Assembly: GCA_049975265.1 (NCBI GenBank)
Contig: JBNGDF010000002.1
Location: forward strand, 21,528 to 85,527
Direction of reading: 5' to 3'
Length of the DNA: 64,000 nt
Origin: Fidelibacterota bacterium
Lineage (GTDB): Bacteria; Fidelibacterota; UBA2242
The translations under genes and the position numbers were made by a program. Position 1 is the stretch's first letter. Each line of letters starts with the position of its first letter. Of this stretch, positions 19,801 to 28,852 are shown piece after piece. The notes under the pieces were generated by a model, which did no database searches, was not told where the DNA came from, and saw nothing but the letters and a program-made list of their open reading frames with translations.

Positions 19801-22553
19801 TAGATACGGTAATGCAGCTTTCTGATGGCGGCTGGACATTCGATGCCCGGCGGACAGTCACTGCCGAACCGAACACATTCTTTAAGGCATCTGCCAGGAT
19901 CAAAACCAAAGGGAGTTTCAGCGCCAACCCGGCATCTCAATATCTCTATTTTGGGATTGACGGCTTAGGCGATCGTGATTATCGGGTCTCCTGTGTATCG
20001 GATGACGATTTTACAACTTTCACAGTCATCGGTTATGCCATCAATGAAACCGGTTCGCTTTATATCGCCGGACAGGGTGGTGGGGGCGCCGACACTGTCT
20101 GGGTTGATGAATACAGCTACCAGAACAACTATGTTCCCGGTCTGACAACCCTATCGACAGTTGCCGAAGCTCGGGCTGTACCCGTTGGTGAAAAGGTGGC
20201 GACAATTGGCGTTGTTACGACGACGACTCATTTCGGTTCAGCTGGTGCTGTTTACTTCCAGGATGCCACCGCCGGTTATGCAGTTTATAATTACAACTGC
20301 GCCCAAACAGTAGAACTTGGCGATGAAATCCTGGTTATCGGTACCCAAAAAGACTACAACGGATTATTGGAAATCGATCCGATGGTAGACTTCATGGTGC
20401 TGAGCAAGGGTAATGAAGTTGTACCAGTCGTCATTACCGCTGCTGATATGGATGGCGAAGCTTATGAGGGCATGTTGGTGACAATTGAAGCCTGTGATAC
20501 ACTGGATAGCGGTCTCGACTGGGCTTCAACGGAAGGTTCCAACAAGGGGTTCAATCTGAAAGACAGTAACGATTCTACTTTCTACTGCTACATTGACAAG
20601 GATACCGATATTGACGGCTCGCCGAAACCATCGATGTGGCCGATTGACATCACCGGCATTGTGGGTGACTATAAAGGTGCCCAACTGTTGCCGAGAAGCC
20701 TGGCTGATTTTTCACCATGCAACAAGGTTCCCACGGCATTTGAAATTGTCAGTCCGGCGGATTCCACCGTGATCTCATCGTTCGATCATGCCGATATTAA
20801 GAAAATCGAGGTCGGAACCGATTCACTCTACGCCTTGGTCATCAAGTGGACAAAATCGGTTGATCCCGATGGCGATGATATTTCCTACGAGGTCGTGGTC
20901 TTACCCACTGGTTCCTATGAAGAAATCGTGACCACTGATACAATGACCTATATGGTTCTCGAAAATGAAAAGCCCTGGGTCATGAACGGAACTTACGACG
21001 TTTTCGTGGTCGCCGCTGATACAATGGGCGGAAAAACCCCCAGCGATACGATTGCAATCACCTTCGACTTCGAAGCTCCGCCGGAAATCGTCTATGCGGA
21101 CGTGGTTCTGGTTGACGGCGCGCCGAAATTATATGCGGTATTCAGCCTGCCTGTTGACGCCGCGGCTGTCGGGAATTTCACCATCCTTGACCAGACCGTC
21201 CCCGGTGCTTCTACGCCTACGGCTGTGGACAGTATTGCTCCCAATGCGATCAGAATCACCGGAAATCTGCCGGAAGATCATCATATCGCGCTGGCATATA
21301 ACGGTATAACAGCCCCCGGCAGTACCATTTCCACAGCGGATACGGTCTATGCAGGAAAGGTACTGATTCCGTTCAGTGAGAATCATCCGGAGGACGCCGC
21401 TAAAGTGATTACTCCCTTCGAATCGAATATCGGCAGTTTCCTGGATCCGAACTATTCGGGATCTACTGTTGGTACAAATGCAGATGCAACAACATTTGCG
21501 GTGTCCGATGAACAAGCCTATCGCGGATCGAAATCCGGGAAAATGACCATCGTAGATGATCCGGCAATTGCAGGTGGCTGGTACGTCCGCGATCTGTATG
21601 GTTATCCCTGGACCTATAACGTCAGTACAACCTCGACACTGATGATTATGGTCAAAGGAACCGACGCCGAAGTTGAGATGCGTCTGTCAATCAAGGATAC
21701 AGGATATGAACAAGGTCCCTGGACCCGTGTTTCCGTCACTGAGGACGACTGGCAGGTAGTCAGTTTTGACCTTCAGAATGATGAGGCTGAAGGATGGGTC
21801 AATGGCAACGGGATTGTCGAAGGTGATAAGGTATTGATAGAAGGCATTCACATCCGCTGCACCGAGGACAAAGACGTGGTGTTGTACTTTGACGAGTTTA
21901 CGCAGAGACCCAATAGCAATTCTGCACCGTCTGCAGTTACTCTGTTGAAACCCACCGACGGTTACGAAATCACTGACGCCGATGTGGTTCAGGATTCTCT
22001 GATCGAAGTCAAATGGACGAAAGCGGTTGATCCTGACGGCGATAAGGTATCCTATGAATTCTTCGTACTGGATGCAGATCAGGATACAGTGGTTGATCAG
22101 TTCTCTACTGGTGATACCACTAAACTGATTGATGCCCCGACTTACGAAGACAACGGCAGCTACAAGGTCTATGTCTTAGCCAAGGATGTCTGGGGTGCCT
22201 TCAGCAGCTCCGATACCATCAGCATCACCGTGAATATGCCGGAAGTTGGTATTGACGGTGAGCTGGGCTTGCCGAAGGTCTTCGCCCTCCATCAGAACTA
22301 TCCGAATCCCTTCAACCCGATTACCACAATCAAGTACGACCTACCGAAAGATGCCCATGTCAGGATCATGATCTATGACCTGATGGGTCGTCAGGTGCGG
22401 ACCCTGGTCAATGCCAGACAGCGAGCCGGTTACCAGACGATTCAGTGGGATGCCCGGGATAATTACGGTAAGATGGTCAGTTCCGGCTACTACATCTACG
22501 TTATGCAGGCGGACAAATTCCACAAGTCTCAGAAAATGATTCTGCTGAAATAG
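16896..22553 (+). CDS. Large secreted multidomain protein: FlgD-Ig, beta-propeller, lamin-tail-like, OB-fold-like repeats, CBM-like, two Ig/FN3-like repeats, T9SS-type C-terminal domain
   Basis: Signal peptide; VEWDG (FlgD-Ig); PRGIAVN/DVAFDAAGNMYLVDN propeller blades; VVINEF...EYIELYN (LTD); EKWEGQLV/EAYEGMLV repeats; LHQNYPNPFNP...KMILLK. Confidence 0.85.
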   Translation: MKIRILLIGLVLLLALSIHSYANVYATNVEVSSNTLQADGTATVTISFILNEAADNGVDVKIYNSDTDLIKTISLATAPKGLNSVEWDGTYTDGVTIATPGAYSIEVTASDDGYTAWTKISDDTKTAIYSPRGIAVNRNPDSPYFGRIYVTNKATGTSTNTGAFETIQGILMYTQDQELIGQSTGGVAWPSSTNGSPHKVMVGPDDMVYVGDYANDRLYAFDAEIDATSQKLVIGDSNKETGQYIAGHWVAGTGADRAIYTADGHYGDYTGIKKYDIGLNDVMPDGEVGYEIIQRPSGLYYQYDVEVGSDGSIYFCEFRSAKGEPLDKDGNPIDLKAAGEAYPLIKYKPWVDDGSQTPYTLDDTLWTVTKQLTGSRGIGLDEPRNRVAFCDYYSNKVYIFDATTGDLVETVNSTLTRSWDVAFDAAGNMYLVDNSAEYWTITSPPDGPNSFTTPCLETVTVTGPPDVVINEFDTHTSAKEYIELYNTTDAAIDLDAGGYVLVFVNGYNEEIYQATALNGTIPAKGYYVLAEAGVTDIEGYTPDQNATWTSFQNGQDGVALVKGASVSAFTNTDYATTLAASGGTQIDAVIYGGDDAELNIAFGTTAINLEAGSTGSTSRKSDGQGGAAPAYGNGDWQIQERTPGATNKLPLKLAKAYPTSGTAITIEYTDNMTTVDPVNYTLLGTAGVTFTSATIDPVDASIVVLEAGAEIMYDLILDTLVDAANTDTAVFYAGITPIGWTSVTNPAGHIENGHVALFQGYVSANDAYNNVWVNDAEGGEHSGVLIFDYNFDALVAVGDHITFLAERTEYNNLTELVSPVLLSINSSGNDPYGPFEIAGADIDTSIAADTDPAEKWEGQLVKIDSAVVISGPTNYTYLCTDDDSTTYFYVGDNVDYHLSNVVLSVGSAYDIVGVVDYDGDYYRINPRGADDIKKYIAPGELDIIEDFATADDIANWRSDNEGSTARAHLDTVMQLSDGGWTFDARRTVTAEPNTFFKASARIKTKGSFSANPASQYLYFGIDGLGDRDYRVSCVSDDDFTTFTVIGYAINETGSLYIAGQGGGGADTVWVDEYSYQNNYVPGLTTLSTVAEARAVPVGEKVATIGVVTTTTHFGSAGAVYFQDATAGYAVYNYNCAQTVELGDEILVIGTQKDYNGLLEIDPMVDFMVLSKGNEVVPVVITAADMDGEAYEGMLVTIEACDTLDSGLDWASTEGSNKGFNLKDSNDSTFYCYIDKDTDIDGSPKPSMWPIDITGIVGDYKGAQLLPRSLADFSPCNKVPTAFEIVSPADSTVISSFDHADIKKIEVGTDSLYALVIKWTKSVDPDGDDISYEVVVLPTGSYEEIVTTDTMTYMVLENEKPWVMNGTYDVFVVAADTMGGKTPSDTIAITFDFEAPPEIVYADVVLVDGAPKLYAVFSLPVDAAAVGNFTILDQTVPGASTPTAVDSIAPNAIRITGNLPEDHHIALAYNGITAPGSTISTADTVYAGKVLIPFSENHPEDAAKVITPFESNIGSFLDPNYSGSTVGTNADATTFAVSDEQAYRGSKSGKMTIVDDPAIAGGWYVRDLYGYPWTYNVSTTSTLMIMVKGTDAEVEMRLSIKDTGYEQGPWTRVSVTEDDWQVVSFDLQNDEAEGWVNGNGIVEGDKVLIEGIHIRCTEDKDVVLYFDEFTQRPNSNSAPSAVTLLKPTDGYEITDADVVQDSLIEVKWTKAVDPDGDKVSYEFFVLDADQDTVVDQFSTGDTTKLIDAPTYEDNGSYKVYVLAKDVWGAFSSSDTISITVNMPEVGIDGELGLPKVFALHQNYPNPFNPITTIKYDLPKDAHVRIMIYDLMGRQVRTLVNARQRAGYQTIQWDARDNYGKMVSSGYYIYVMQADKFHKSQKMILLK

Positions 22554-22570
22554 CAGAACAAACCTGCCAT

Positions 22571-22603
22571 AAAAAAAGGCTGTCTGCGGACAGCCTTTTT
22601 TTT
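22571..22603. terminator. Bidirectional intrinsic terminator
   Basis: AAAAAAAGGCTGTC-TGCG-GACAGCCTTTTTTTT between convergent genes. Confidence 0.9.
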
Positions 22604-22618
22604 ATTCAGACACTCTTT

Positions 22619-23875
22619 TTACTGATAATAAATTGATGCTTTCTTGAAGCTGCGGGTTTTCAACAGCGGTTCAAAAATAACCTGCAGCGCCATGGAAATG
22701 ATCCCCTTCATACAGCCCTCCTCTTTCAGGATACCCACTTCGATGGGCGTCGCCTTGAAAGGGATATTGTGCATATTCTCCTGGACGATCTGGCGACACT
22801 TATCCAGAAGGTACTCGGAATACTCGATAATTTTACCGGAAAGAATGATTTTACTCGTGTTCAATGTCTTGATCAAATCGGTGCAGAGAATAGCCAAAAG
22901 CATGGCGTACTCATCCAGTACTTCCCGCACAATAGCCGAATACTCATGCTGTTCATCAGACAGTAAATCCTCCAGCTTCAATTTCTCAACGTCCTGATGG
23001 CTCAAATGTTTATCATACTGAATTTTGAGCTTGATCGTTTCGAGCAGATGCTGTTCCCTCATAATGCTCCCAAAGCGATGCTGGTTGGTATACAGGTTTT
23101 TAACCAGCGCAGGATTGGTCAGGTGATGTCCCAGCTCCAGGTAGCCCAGCTCACCGGCGCTGCCGTAACGACCGCGAATCAGGTTGCCGTCAACGATAAT
23201 CCCGGCACCCAGTCCCTCACCCAACCAGATACAGACCATATTGTCGGTGTTACGACCGGCGCCCAGCAGGTGTTCGCCGTACGTGCGGGCATTGACGTCG
23301 TTTTCGATCAGCACCGGAACCCGGTATCTTTCGCTGAAAACCGACGCCAGCGGATGCTGCACCCAACCGTGAATTGTGACTGCAAAGGCAATCTCACCCT
23401 TTTCGTAATCAATGAATCCTGGCACGGCGATACCGATACTGATCAGCTTTTTACGATAAATAGTTTTTTTCTTCAACATCGAATCCAGCAATGCGGTGAT
23501 TTTCGGCAGTACATGCACAATTGTGTCGCCGGTTTCGTAAGGCACAATATTTTCACTGACAATTTCCGAATCCAGATTGGCAATGGCGACCTTGGCATAG
23601 CTGCTGTGAATTTCAATACCCACGACAAAACCGTTATTGGGCAACAATTTCAGCAGTGTCGGACGTTTGCCGCCCCTCTTCGTGGATTCCCCTTTACCGA
23701 TCTCGGCAATATAACCAGCCTCTATTAAACGGCTGACAATATCGGAGACCGCTACTTTGGAAATCCTGGTCCTTTTCGCCAGCTCTACCCGCGAGATGGT
23801 TCCCTCGGCGCGAACCAGGTTTAATATTCTGGTCTCGTTCAGCTCTTTGATCAGCTGGGAATTGACAATATTCAT
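22619..23875 (-). CDS. ROK family transcriptional regulator (XylR/NagC-like)
   Basis: N-terminal HTH ISRVELAKRT...GGKRP; GIAVPG, IENDVNA, GLGAGII, GSAGELG. Confidence 0.92.
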   Translation of the reverse strand: MNIVNSQLIKELNETRILNLVRAEGTISRVELAKRTRISKVAVSDIVSRLIEAGYIAEIGKGESTKRGGKRPTLLKLLPNNGFVVGIEIHSSYAKVAIANLDSEIVSENIVPYETGDTIVHVLPKITALLDSMLKKKTIYRKKLISIGIAVPGFIDYEKGEIAFAVTIHGWVQHPLASVFSERYRVPVLIENDVNARTYGEHLLGAGRNTDNMVCIWLGEGLGAGIIVDGNLIRGRYGSAGELGYLELGHHLTNPALVKNLYTNQHRFGSIMREQHLLETIKLKIQYDKHLSHQDVEKLKLEDLLSDEQHEYSAIVREVLDEYAMLLAILCTDLIKTLNTSKIILSGKIIEYSEYLLDKCRQIVQENMHNIPFKATPIEVGILKEEGCMKGIISMALQVIFEPLLKTRSFKKASIYYQ

Positions 23876-24060
23876 TCGCCTGTCCCTTTCGACGTAAAAA
23901 TTTATGCTGTTATGAATCGTTCATTTTATCTGCTGAAAAATAGATAAACATTTTCTAATTTCCAACAGTGATTTTTCCCGGAATGATTATTTTTTATAGC
24001 CTTTACCGGTTATTTCGTTACATTTGCTTACTGCTTACCTCATTAACAGGAGAATCGAAA

Positions 24061-24462
24061 ATGCAGGATATCATTACCATTAAAATTCGGGGCTATCATC
24101 TCGACCTTTACGGTCATGTAAACAACACCCGCTATCTGGAGTTTCTGGAAGAGGCGCGCTGGACAATTAAGGAGCGGTACTTCGATTTTCCCAAAACTCA
24201 TGACAAAGGATTCGGTTTCGTCGTCGTCAATACGAACATCAACTACCGCCATCCGGCAGAACTGGGTGACGTTCTCGAAATTCGCACAAACATCAGCAGA
24301 ATCGGCACCAAAAGTGCCACCTTCAGGCATTCCATCTATCTTGCCGGCTCGGAAATATTGATTGCCGATGCCGAAGTTACCTTTGTAATCATAAATCTCA
24401 GGACAAATAAAGCGATTCCCATCGGAGACAGCTGGCGCGAACGACTCGAAAAATTAAAATAA
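24061..24462 (+). CDS. Acyl-CoA thioesterase (YbgC/FadM hotdog family)
   Basis: IRGYHLDLYGHVNNTRYLEFLEEARW; AGGAG upstream of ATG 24061. Confidence 0.9.
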   Translation: MQDIITIKIRGYHLDLYGHVNNTRYLEFLEEARWTIKERYFDFPKTHDKGFGFVVVNTNINYRHPAELGDVLEIRTNISRIGTKSATFRHSIYLAGSEILIADAEVTFVIINLRTNKAIPIGDSWRERLEKLK

Positions 24463-24551
24463 TTCATCAAATTCCAAAATAAGCTTAGGTTTATCCGCAT
24501 TTACCATCTATATTAACCCGATTTGAATTCGATGAAACATATTTGTCCATT

Positions 24552-24574
24552 AAAACCGCCTTCCCGGCGGTTTT
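24552..24574 (+). terminator. Probable intrinsic terminator
   Basis: AAAACCGCC-TTCCC-GGCGGTTTT. Confidence 0.6.
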
Positions 24575-24646
24575 GGCTGATTTGGTCAGGAATTCGCGAG
24601 GATAATTAATAAGAAAAGTGATTCAAGAGAATCAGAGGAGTTAACG

Positions 24647-24958
24647 TTGAATATCTATGTGGGTAATTTACCCAGAAGCACCAGTGAAGATGAAGTTCGC
24701 AATCTGTTTACCGAATACGGTAATGTTGCGGAAGTCAACTTAATCAAAGACCGCTATACCGATGAATTGCGCGGGTTTGGTTTTATCGAGATGCCGGAAA
24801 AATCCGAAGCACTTAAAGCAATTCAGGAAGTCAATGGCAAAGAGTTGGACGGTCGCGTGCTGGTTGTCAACGAAGCCAAACCCCGTGAGAACCGTGGAAG
24901 CGGTCCGCACAGAAGTGGCGGTGGCAATCGGGGTGGCGGAAATCGTAACCGCTGGTAA
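24647..24958 (+). CDS. RRM RNA-binding protein with Gly/Arg-rich tail
   Basis: RNP2 IYVGNL, RNP1 RGFGFIEM, VNEAKPRE; TTG start after GAGGAG. Confidence 0.93.
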   Translation: MNIYVGNLPRSTSEDEVRNLFTEYGNVAEVNLIKDRYTDELRGFGFIEMPEKSEALKAIQEVNGKELDGRVLVVNEAKPRENRGSGPHRSGGGNRGGGNRNRW

Positions 24959-24975
24959 AAATTAATGTTACAAAT

Positions 24976-25005
24976 AAAAAAGCCCCAAATTTTTGGGGCT
25001 TTTTT
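24976..25005. terminator. Bidirectional intrinsic terminator
   Basis: AAAAAAGCCCCAA-loop-TTGGGGCTTTTTT between convergent genes. Confidence 0.85.
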
Positions 25006-25051
25006 ATTATAAGACCGGCTTTTCTCTATTCTGTTATTATCAAGAGACGGA

Positions 25052-26722
25052 TTAGGTGGGCGTTTTGGAACAGACCTGCCGGAATACCCGCTGAAAATTA
25101 CCGCCCAGAATTTTTGCCAGATCCTCCCTGGAATAGCCATGATTCAGCAGTGCCAGACTCAAATCGGGAAATTTCGACACATCACCCAGACCGGTCACGG
25201 TCCTTTCAATTCCGTCAAAATCGGAGCCCAACGCCACATAGTCGATCCCGACCAAATCGACGATATGATCAATATGCGCAATGACGTCATTGATAGTGGC
25301 ATTCCGGGAACCGGTTATAAAGTAGGGATAAAATACAACCCCCACCACCCCGCCTCCGGCGGCAATAGCTTCAATCTGATCATCGTAGAGATTACGGTAA
25401 TGGTCACAAATCGCCCGCGCCCCGGAATGGGTCGCGACAATTGGATTGACTGTCGTTTCCAGAATATCACTGACCGTTTCTATGCCGACATGCGATACAT
25501 CAATAATAACCCCCAATGAATCCAGCGTGCGAATCACCTGACGACCGAAATCACTCAATCCCCCGCTGCGGCTCTGATAATACTGTTCATCCTTTGCGGA
25601 AACCGCCCAGTCGGTGCTGTTATTCCACGTGATCGTCAGATAACGCATCCCGGCTTCGTACAGTTCGATCAGCTTATTCATGTCATTCTCAATGACATGT
25701 CCACCCTCGACGCACATCACCGCAGCGATTTTATGATCCAGATTGATTGTCAGCGCTTCGTCAAGCGTGCGCGCCTGCTGAACATATTCCGGATACAGGT
25801 TTAACTCCCGTTGAAACAAATCAAGCGCGCGCTGCGCGGTCTGATAGTAGGAGCCTGCATAACTGGTGGAAACCCAGACAACAAAAAATTGAATATCCAC
25901 CCCGCCCTCAATTAACCGGGGAATATCGGTATGATGATAGGTATGCCGGGGCATCCAGTGATAGGCTGTATCATCCAGCATCTGCTCCAGAACATCGTTG
26001 TGCAGATCAATCAGCGTAAGACGGTTATGAATTGTTTCCAGTTGTACATGAAAAAATTCTCCCCCTGAGACAGTGACAGCTGCGGTGTCGCCGGCATAGG
26101 CAAATTTATCGTAAATAATCCTCAGAGGCACTGCGCCGGGCTTCACTAAAAAATCACCGCGATGGTAAGAGGCGCCATGTATCTCCGATAGACCGCCACC
26201 ACTGCCACCGTCCAGCTGGATCATTTTCCTGGTGATCGATTTTCCATTGCTGCGAATCGTATAAAAATAGACGCCCGCCGCACCGCCGCCCTGCCACTCA
26301 ATCTGATAGTTTCCCGTCGCCAGATACTGCTGTTTCGAAGCCAGCACCTGTCCGAGAATATTACAAACGGCAATCTCCATCTCCCCCGCTGCGGCAATGC
26401 CAAACTCGATCCTGGTACTCGGATTGAAGGGATTGGGATAATTCTGATAGACCGTAAAATCCCGCGGCAGTGCCGGATGTTCGTTTAATCCGGATGAATT
26501 GCTCGTATAATCCCAATTCCCCAGATAATCGGTTATAACAGTGTCGCAAATAGCATATTCGTCGGAGATAATGACGACATTGACCCCGACTAAATTCTTT
26601 TCAGTGACCAGGTCCGTGACGTGACCGCTGATGGTGAACGCCGGCAGAAGCGTTATTTGGATAATTGCAGCCAGCAGGACCAACAAAAAGGATTTCGGCA
26701 CGCTAAAAATTTTATCCGGCAT
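25052..26722 (-). CDS. Exported M19 (membrane/renal-type) dipeptidase with an internal T9SS-CTD-like domain
   Basis: Signal peptide; QNYPNPFNP...GVYFY...RKMIQL at about aa 90-170; C-terminal IDLHND, VEGG, TITWN, DVSH, ATHS, GSDFDG, LGGNF. Confidence 0.85.
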   Translation of the reverse strand: MPDKIFSVPKSFLLVLLAAIIQITLLPAFTISGHVTDLVTEKNLVGVNVVIISDEYAICDTVITDYLGNWDYTSNSSGLNEHPALPRDFTVYQNYPNPFNPSTRIEFGIAAAGEMEIAVCNILGQVLASKQQYLATGNYQIEWQGGGAAGVYFYTIRSNGKSITRKMIQLDGGSGGGLSEIHGASYHRGDFLVKPGAVPLRIIYDKFAYAGDTAAVTVSGGEFFHVQLETIHNRLTLIDLHNDVLEQMLDDTAYHWMPRHTYHHTDIPRLIEGGVDIQFFVVWVSTSYAGSYYQTAQRALDLFQRELNLYPEYVQQARTLDEALTINLDHKIAAVMCVEGGHVIENDMNKLIELYEAGMRYLTITWNNSTDWAVSAKDEQYYQSRSGGLSDFGRQVIRTLDSLGVIIDVSHVGIETVSDILETTVNPIVATHSGARAICDHYRNLYDDQIEAIAAGGGVVGVVFYPYFITGSRNATINDVIAHIDHIVDLVGIDYVALGSDFDGIERTVTGLGDVSKFPDLSLALLNHGYSREDLAKILGGNFQRVFRQVCSKTPT

Positions 26723-26979
26723 ATATATTTTCCCCTCCTCTAATTGAGTATCGCTGGTGAGTTATTTCAAGCACTGCGCTGAAAACAAAATTTACAAAAA
26801 AATATTATTCGCACAATTTTTACAATTCTGTCTGGTACGTCATGCCGCACTCATAAATAAATTAATATATTCACCTAACTAACTATATCAAAGATAATTT
26901 AAAGTGAACATTATTTATTTAATTCGATTTTATTTCTTGATTAATTTAAAATTAATTTTATCTTAAAACCCAAATTGAA

Positions 26980-27185
26980 TTCGGGAGAGACGTTGCGAAT
27001 AATTATCGAAACAGAACACGGGTGGCATGACACCGGCAAAATACCGGTGGACGACGCCGTTCTGTGTTCGCCAAAAGGCAACCCTGCTCTGCCCGAAAAA
27101 TCCCCGATAGGTACCGCTAAGCGCCCCAAACAGGCTTAGTAATACCTATTTTCTACATCCAAATCATATAGGTATTACGGAGGAA
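26980..27185 (+). promoter_or_regulatory. Structured 5' leader of dapBAD (candidate divergent lysine riboswitch or novel switch)
   Basis: Several inverted repeats plus mutually exclusive pairings next to the dapB RBS; only partial similarity to the lysine riboswitch consensus. Confidence 0.5.
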
Positions 27186-27188
27186 AAG

Positions 27189-27917
27189 ATGAACATCGCT
27201 ATCCTGGGTTACGGTCGTATGGGACACACTGTCGAGTCGGCAGCAGTAAGAAACGGTCACCGGATTTGTGCCATATTTGACCTGGATAATCCGCTGAAAA
27301 CGGACTCCAACCTCAAAGACGCCGAGGTGATTATCAGTTTCAGCTGCCCTCAGGCAGTGATTCCCAATCTCCGGTTGGTATCGCACATGAATCTGCCGAT
27401 CGTGGAGGGCACCACCGGCTGGTATCACCAGCTGGACCGAATGAAACAGATTGAAAATCTGACAATTCTGTATAGCCCGAACTTTTCCATCGGCGTGTAT
27501 CAGTTTGGCAAATTGCTGGAAGCAGCCGCCCGGCTTTTTGGTTCTCTGCCGGATTACGATTGCTACATTCATGAATGGCATCACCGCCACAAAGCCGACA
27601 GCCCCAGCGGAACCGCTCTAAAACTGGCGGATATATTGATTAAAAACGCCCGGACAAAATCAGAAATAATGTCCGGAACCTATGCCGGAACGATTGAAGA
27701 CCAGGCACTTCATGTCACTTCCACCCGGGTCGGTCGGATTCCCGGCACCCACGAAGTCGGATTTGATTCGGAGCATGATACAATCACCCTGCGCCATCAA
27801 GCCCACGGTCGCACCGGCTTCGCCGTTGGCGCTCTGAAAGCCGCCGAATGGCTGATCGGCAAAAAGGGCATTTATACCATGGACGATTTTATGGAATCGC
27901 TAACTCAAACTCATTAA
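27189..27917 (+). CDS. dapB: 4-hydroxy-tetrahydrodipicolinate reductase
   Basis: GYGRMG, GTTGW, PNFSIGV, EWHHRHKADSPSGTA, RVGRIPGTH, GFAVGAL. Confidence 0.95.
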   Translation: MNIAILGYGRMGHTVESAAVRNGHRICAIFDLDNPLKTDSNLKDAEVIISFSCPQAVIPNLRLVSHMNLPIVEGTTGWYHQLDRMKQIENLTILYSPNFSIGVYQFGKLLEAAARLFGSLPDYDCYIHEWHHRHKADSPSGTALKLADILIKNARTKSEIMSGTYAGTIEDQALHVTSTRVGRIPGTHEVGFDSEHDTITLRHQAHGRTGFAVGALKAAEWLIGKKGIYTMDDFMESLTQTH

Positions 27918-27933
27918 ATGAAAGGAAACAATC

Positions 27934-28839
27934 ATGAATATTGAACAATTCCGCGGATCTACCGTCGCCCTGATTACCCCATTCAATGAAAGAGGTGAAA
28001 TTGACGAAATCAAACTTCGTATGCTGGTTGACCGGCAAATTGAGATGGGTACGAACGTCATCCTGGCTTGCGGCACCACCGGCGAAAGCGCAACCCTCTC
28101 CCATGCAGAGCACCATCGTGTAATGGACATTATCATCGAACAGGTCAATCACCGGGTGCCCGTTATCTGCGGCGCCGGCAGCAACGCTACCCATGAAGCC
28201 ATCTCTCTCTCCCGGCATGCTGAAGAGCGGGGAGCCGACGCCATCCTGTCGGTCGGACCCTATTACAACAAGCCTACTCCCGAGGGATTTTACCGCCACT
28301 TTCGCACCATCGCCGAGTCGGTCAGCATTCCGCTGATTATCTACAACGTTCCCGGACGCACCGGCTCCAACATCGACGCCAAAACAGTATTGCGGCTGGC
28401 TGAGATTGACAACATTATCGGCATCAAGGAAGCCAGCGGAAACATGTCGCAGATCATGAATATCCTGAGCAAGCGACCCGCCGATTTTCTGGTTCTTTCG
28501 GGAGATGATGCCCTCAGTCTTGCTCTCATCGCACTGGGCGGCGACGGCACAATCTCCGTCGTAGCCAATGAGACGCCCGATCTGTTCAGTCAAATGATAT
28601 CCGCCGGCATGAACGGCGACTGGAACATGGCGCGCCAACTCCACCAGCAACTGCTGCCGCTGATGGAGGCAAATTTCATCGAAACCAATCCAATCCCGGT
28701 AAAAACCGCCCTGGCAATGATGGGCATCATCGCAGATAATTTCCGGCTTCCGCTGGTACCCATGGCGCCGAACAACCGCGCTACTCTGCGTAAAATTCTA
28801 ATTGATTTACACTTATTAAACGAAAATGAACAGCTGTAA
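27934..28839 (+). CDS. dapA: 4-hydroxy-tetrahydrodipicolinate synthase
   Basis: ALITPF, GTTGES, PYYNKP, YNVPGRTG, GIKEASG, SGDD, ETNPIPVK. Confidence 0.95.
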   Translation: MNIEQFRGSTVALITPFNERGEIDEIKLRMLVDRQIEMGTNVILACGTTGESATLSHAEHHRVMDIIIEQVNHRVPVICGAGSNATHEAISLSRHAEERGADAILSVGPYYNKPTPEGFYRHFRTIAESVSIPLIIYNVPGRTGSNIDAKTVLRLAEIDNIIGIKEASGNMSQIMNILSKRPADFLVLSGDDALSLALIALGGDGTISVVANETPDLFSQMISAGMNGDWNMARQLHQQLLPLMEANFIETNPIPVKTALAMMGIIADNFRLPLVPMAPNNRATLRKILIDLHLLNENEQL

Positions 28840-28852
28840 AAAGGGAATTTCC

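Noticed and set aside
26730..26975. Very AT-rich stretch as a foreign island or replication origin
   Set aside because: It lies between divergent genes and fits promoter DNA; I see no DnaA-box array, direct repeats or mobility genes.
26980..27125. dap leader as a T-box, 6S or SRP RNA
   Set aside because: GGTACCGC lacks the essential UGGN antiterminator bulge; the hairpin is only about 120 nt, short for 6S; the SRP GGAA/AGCAG motif is absent.
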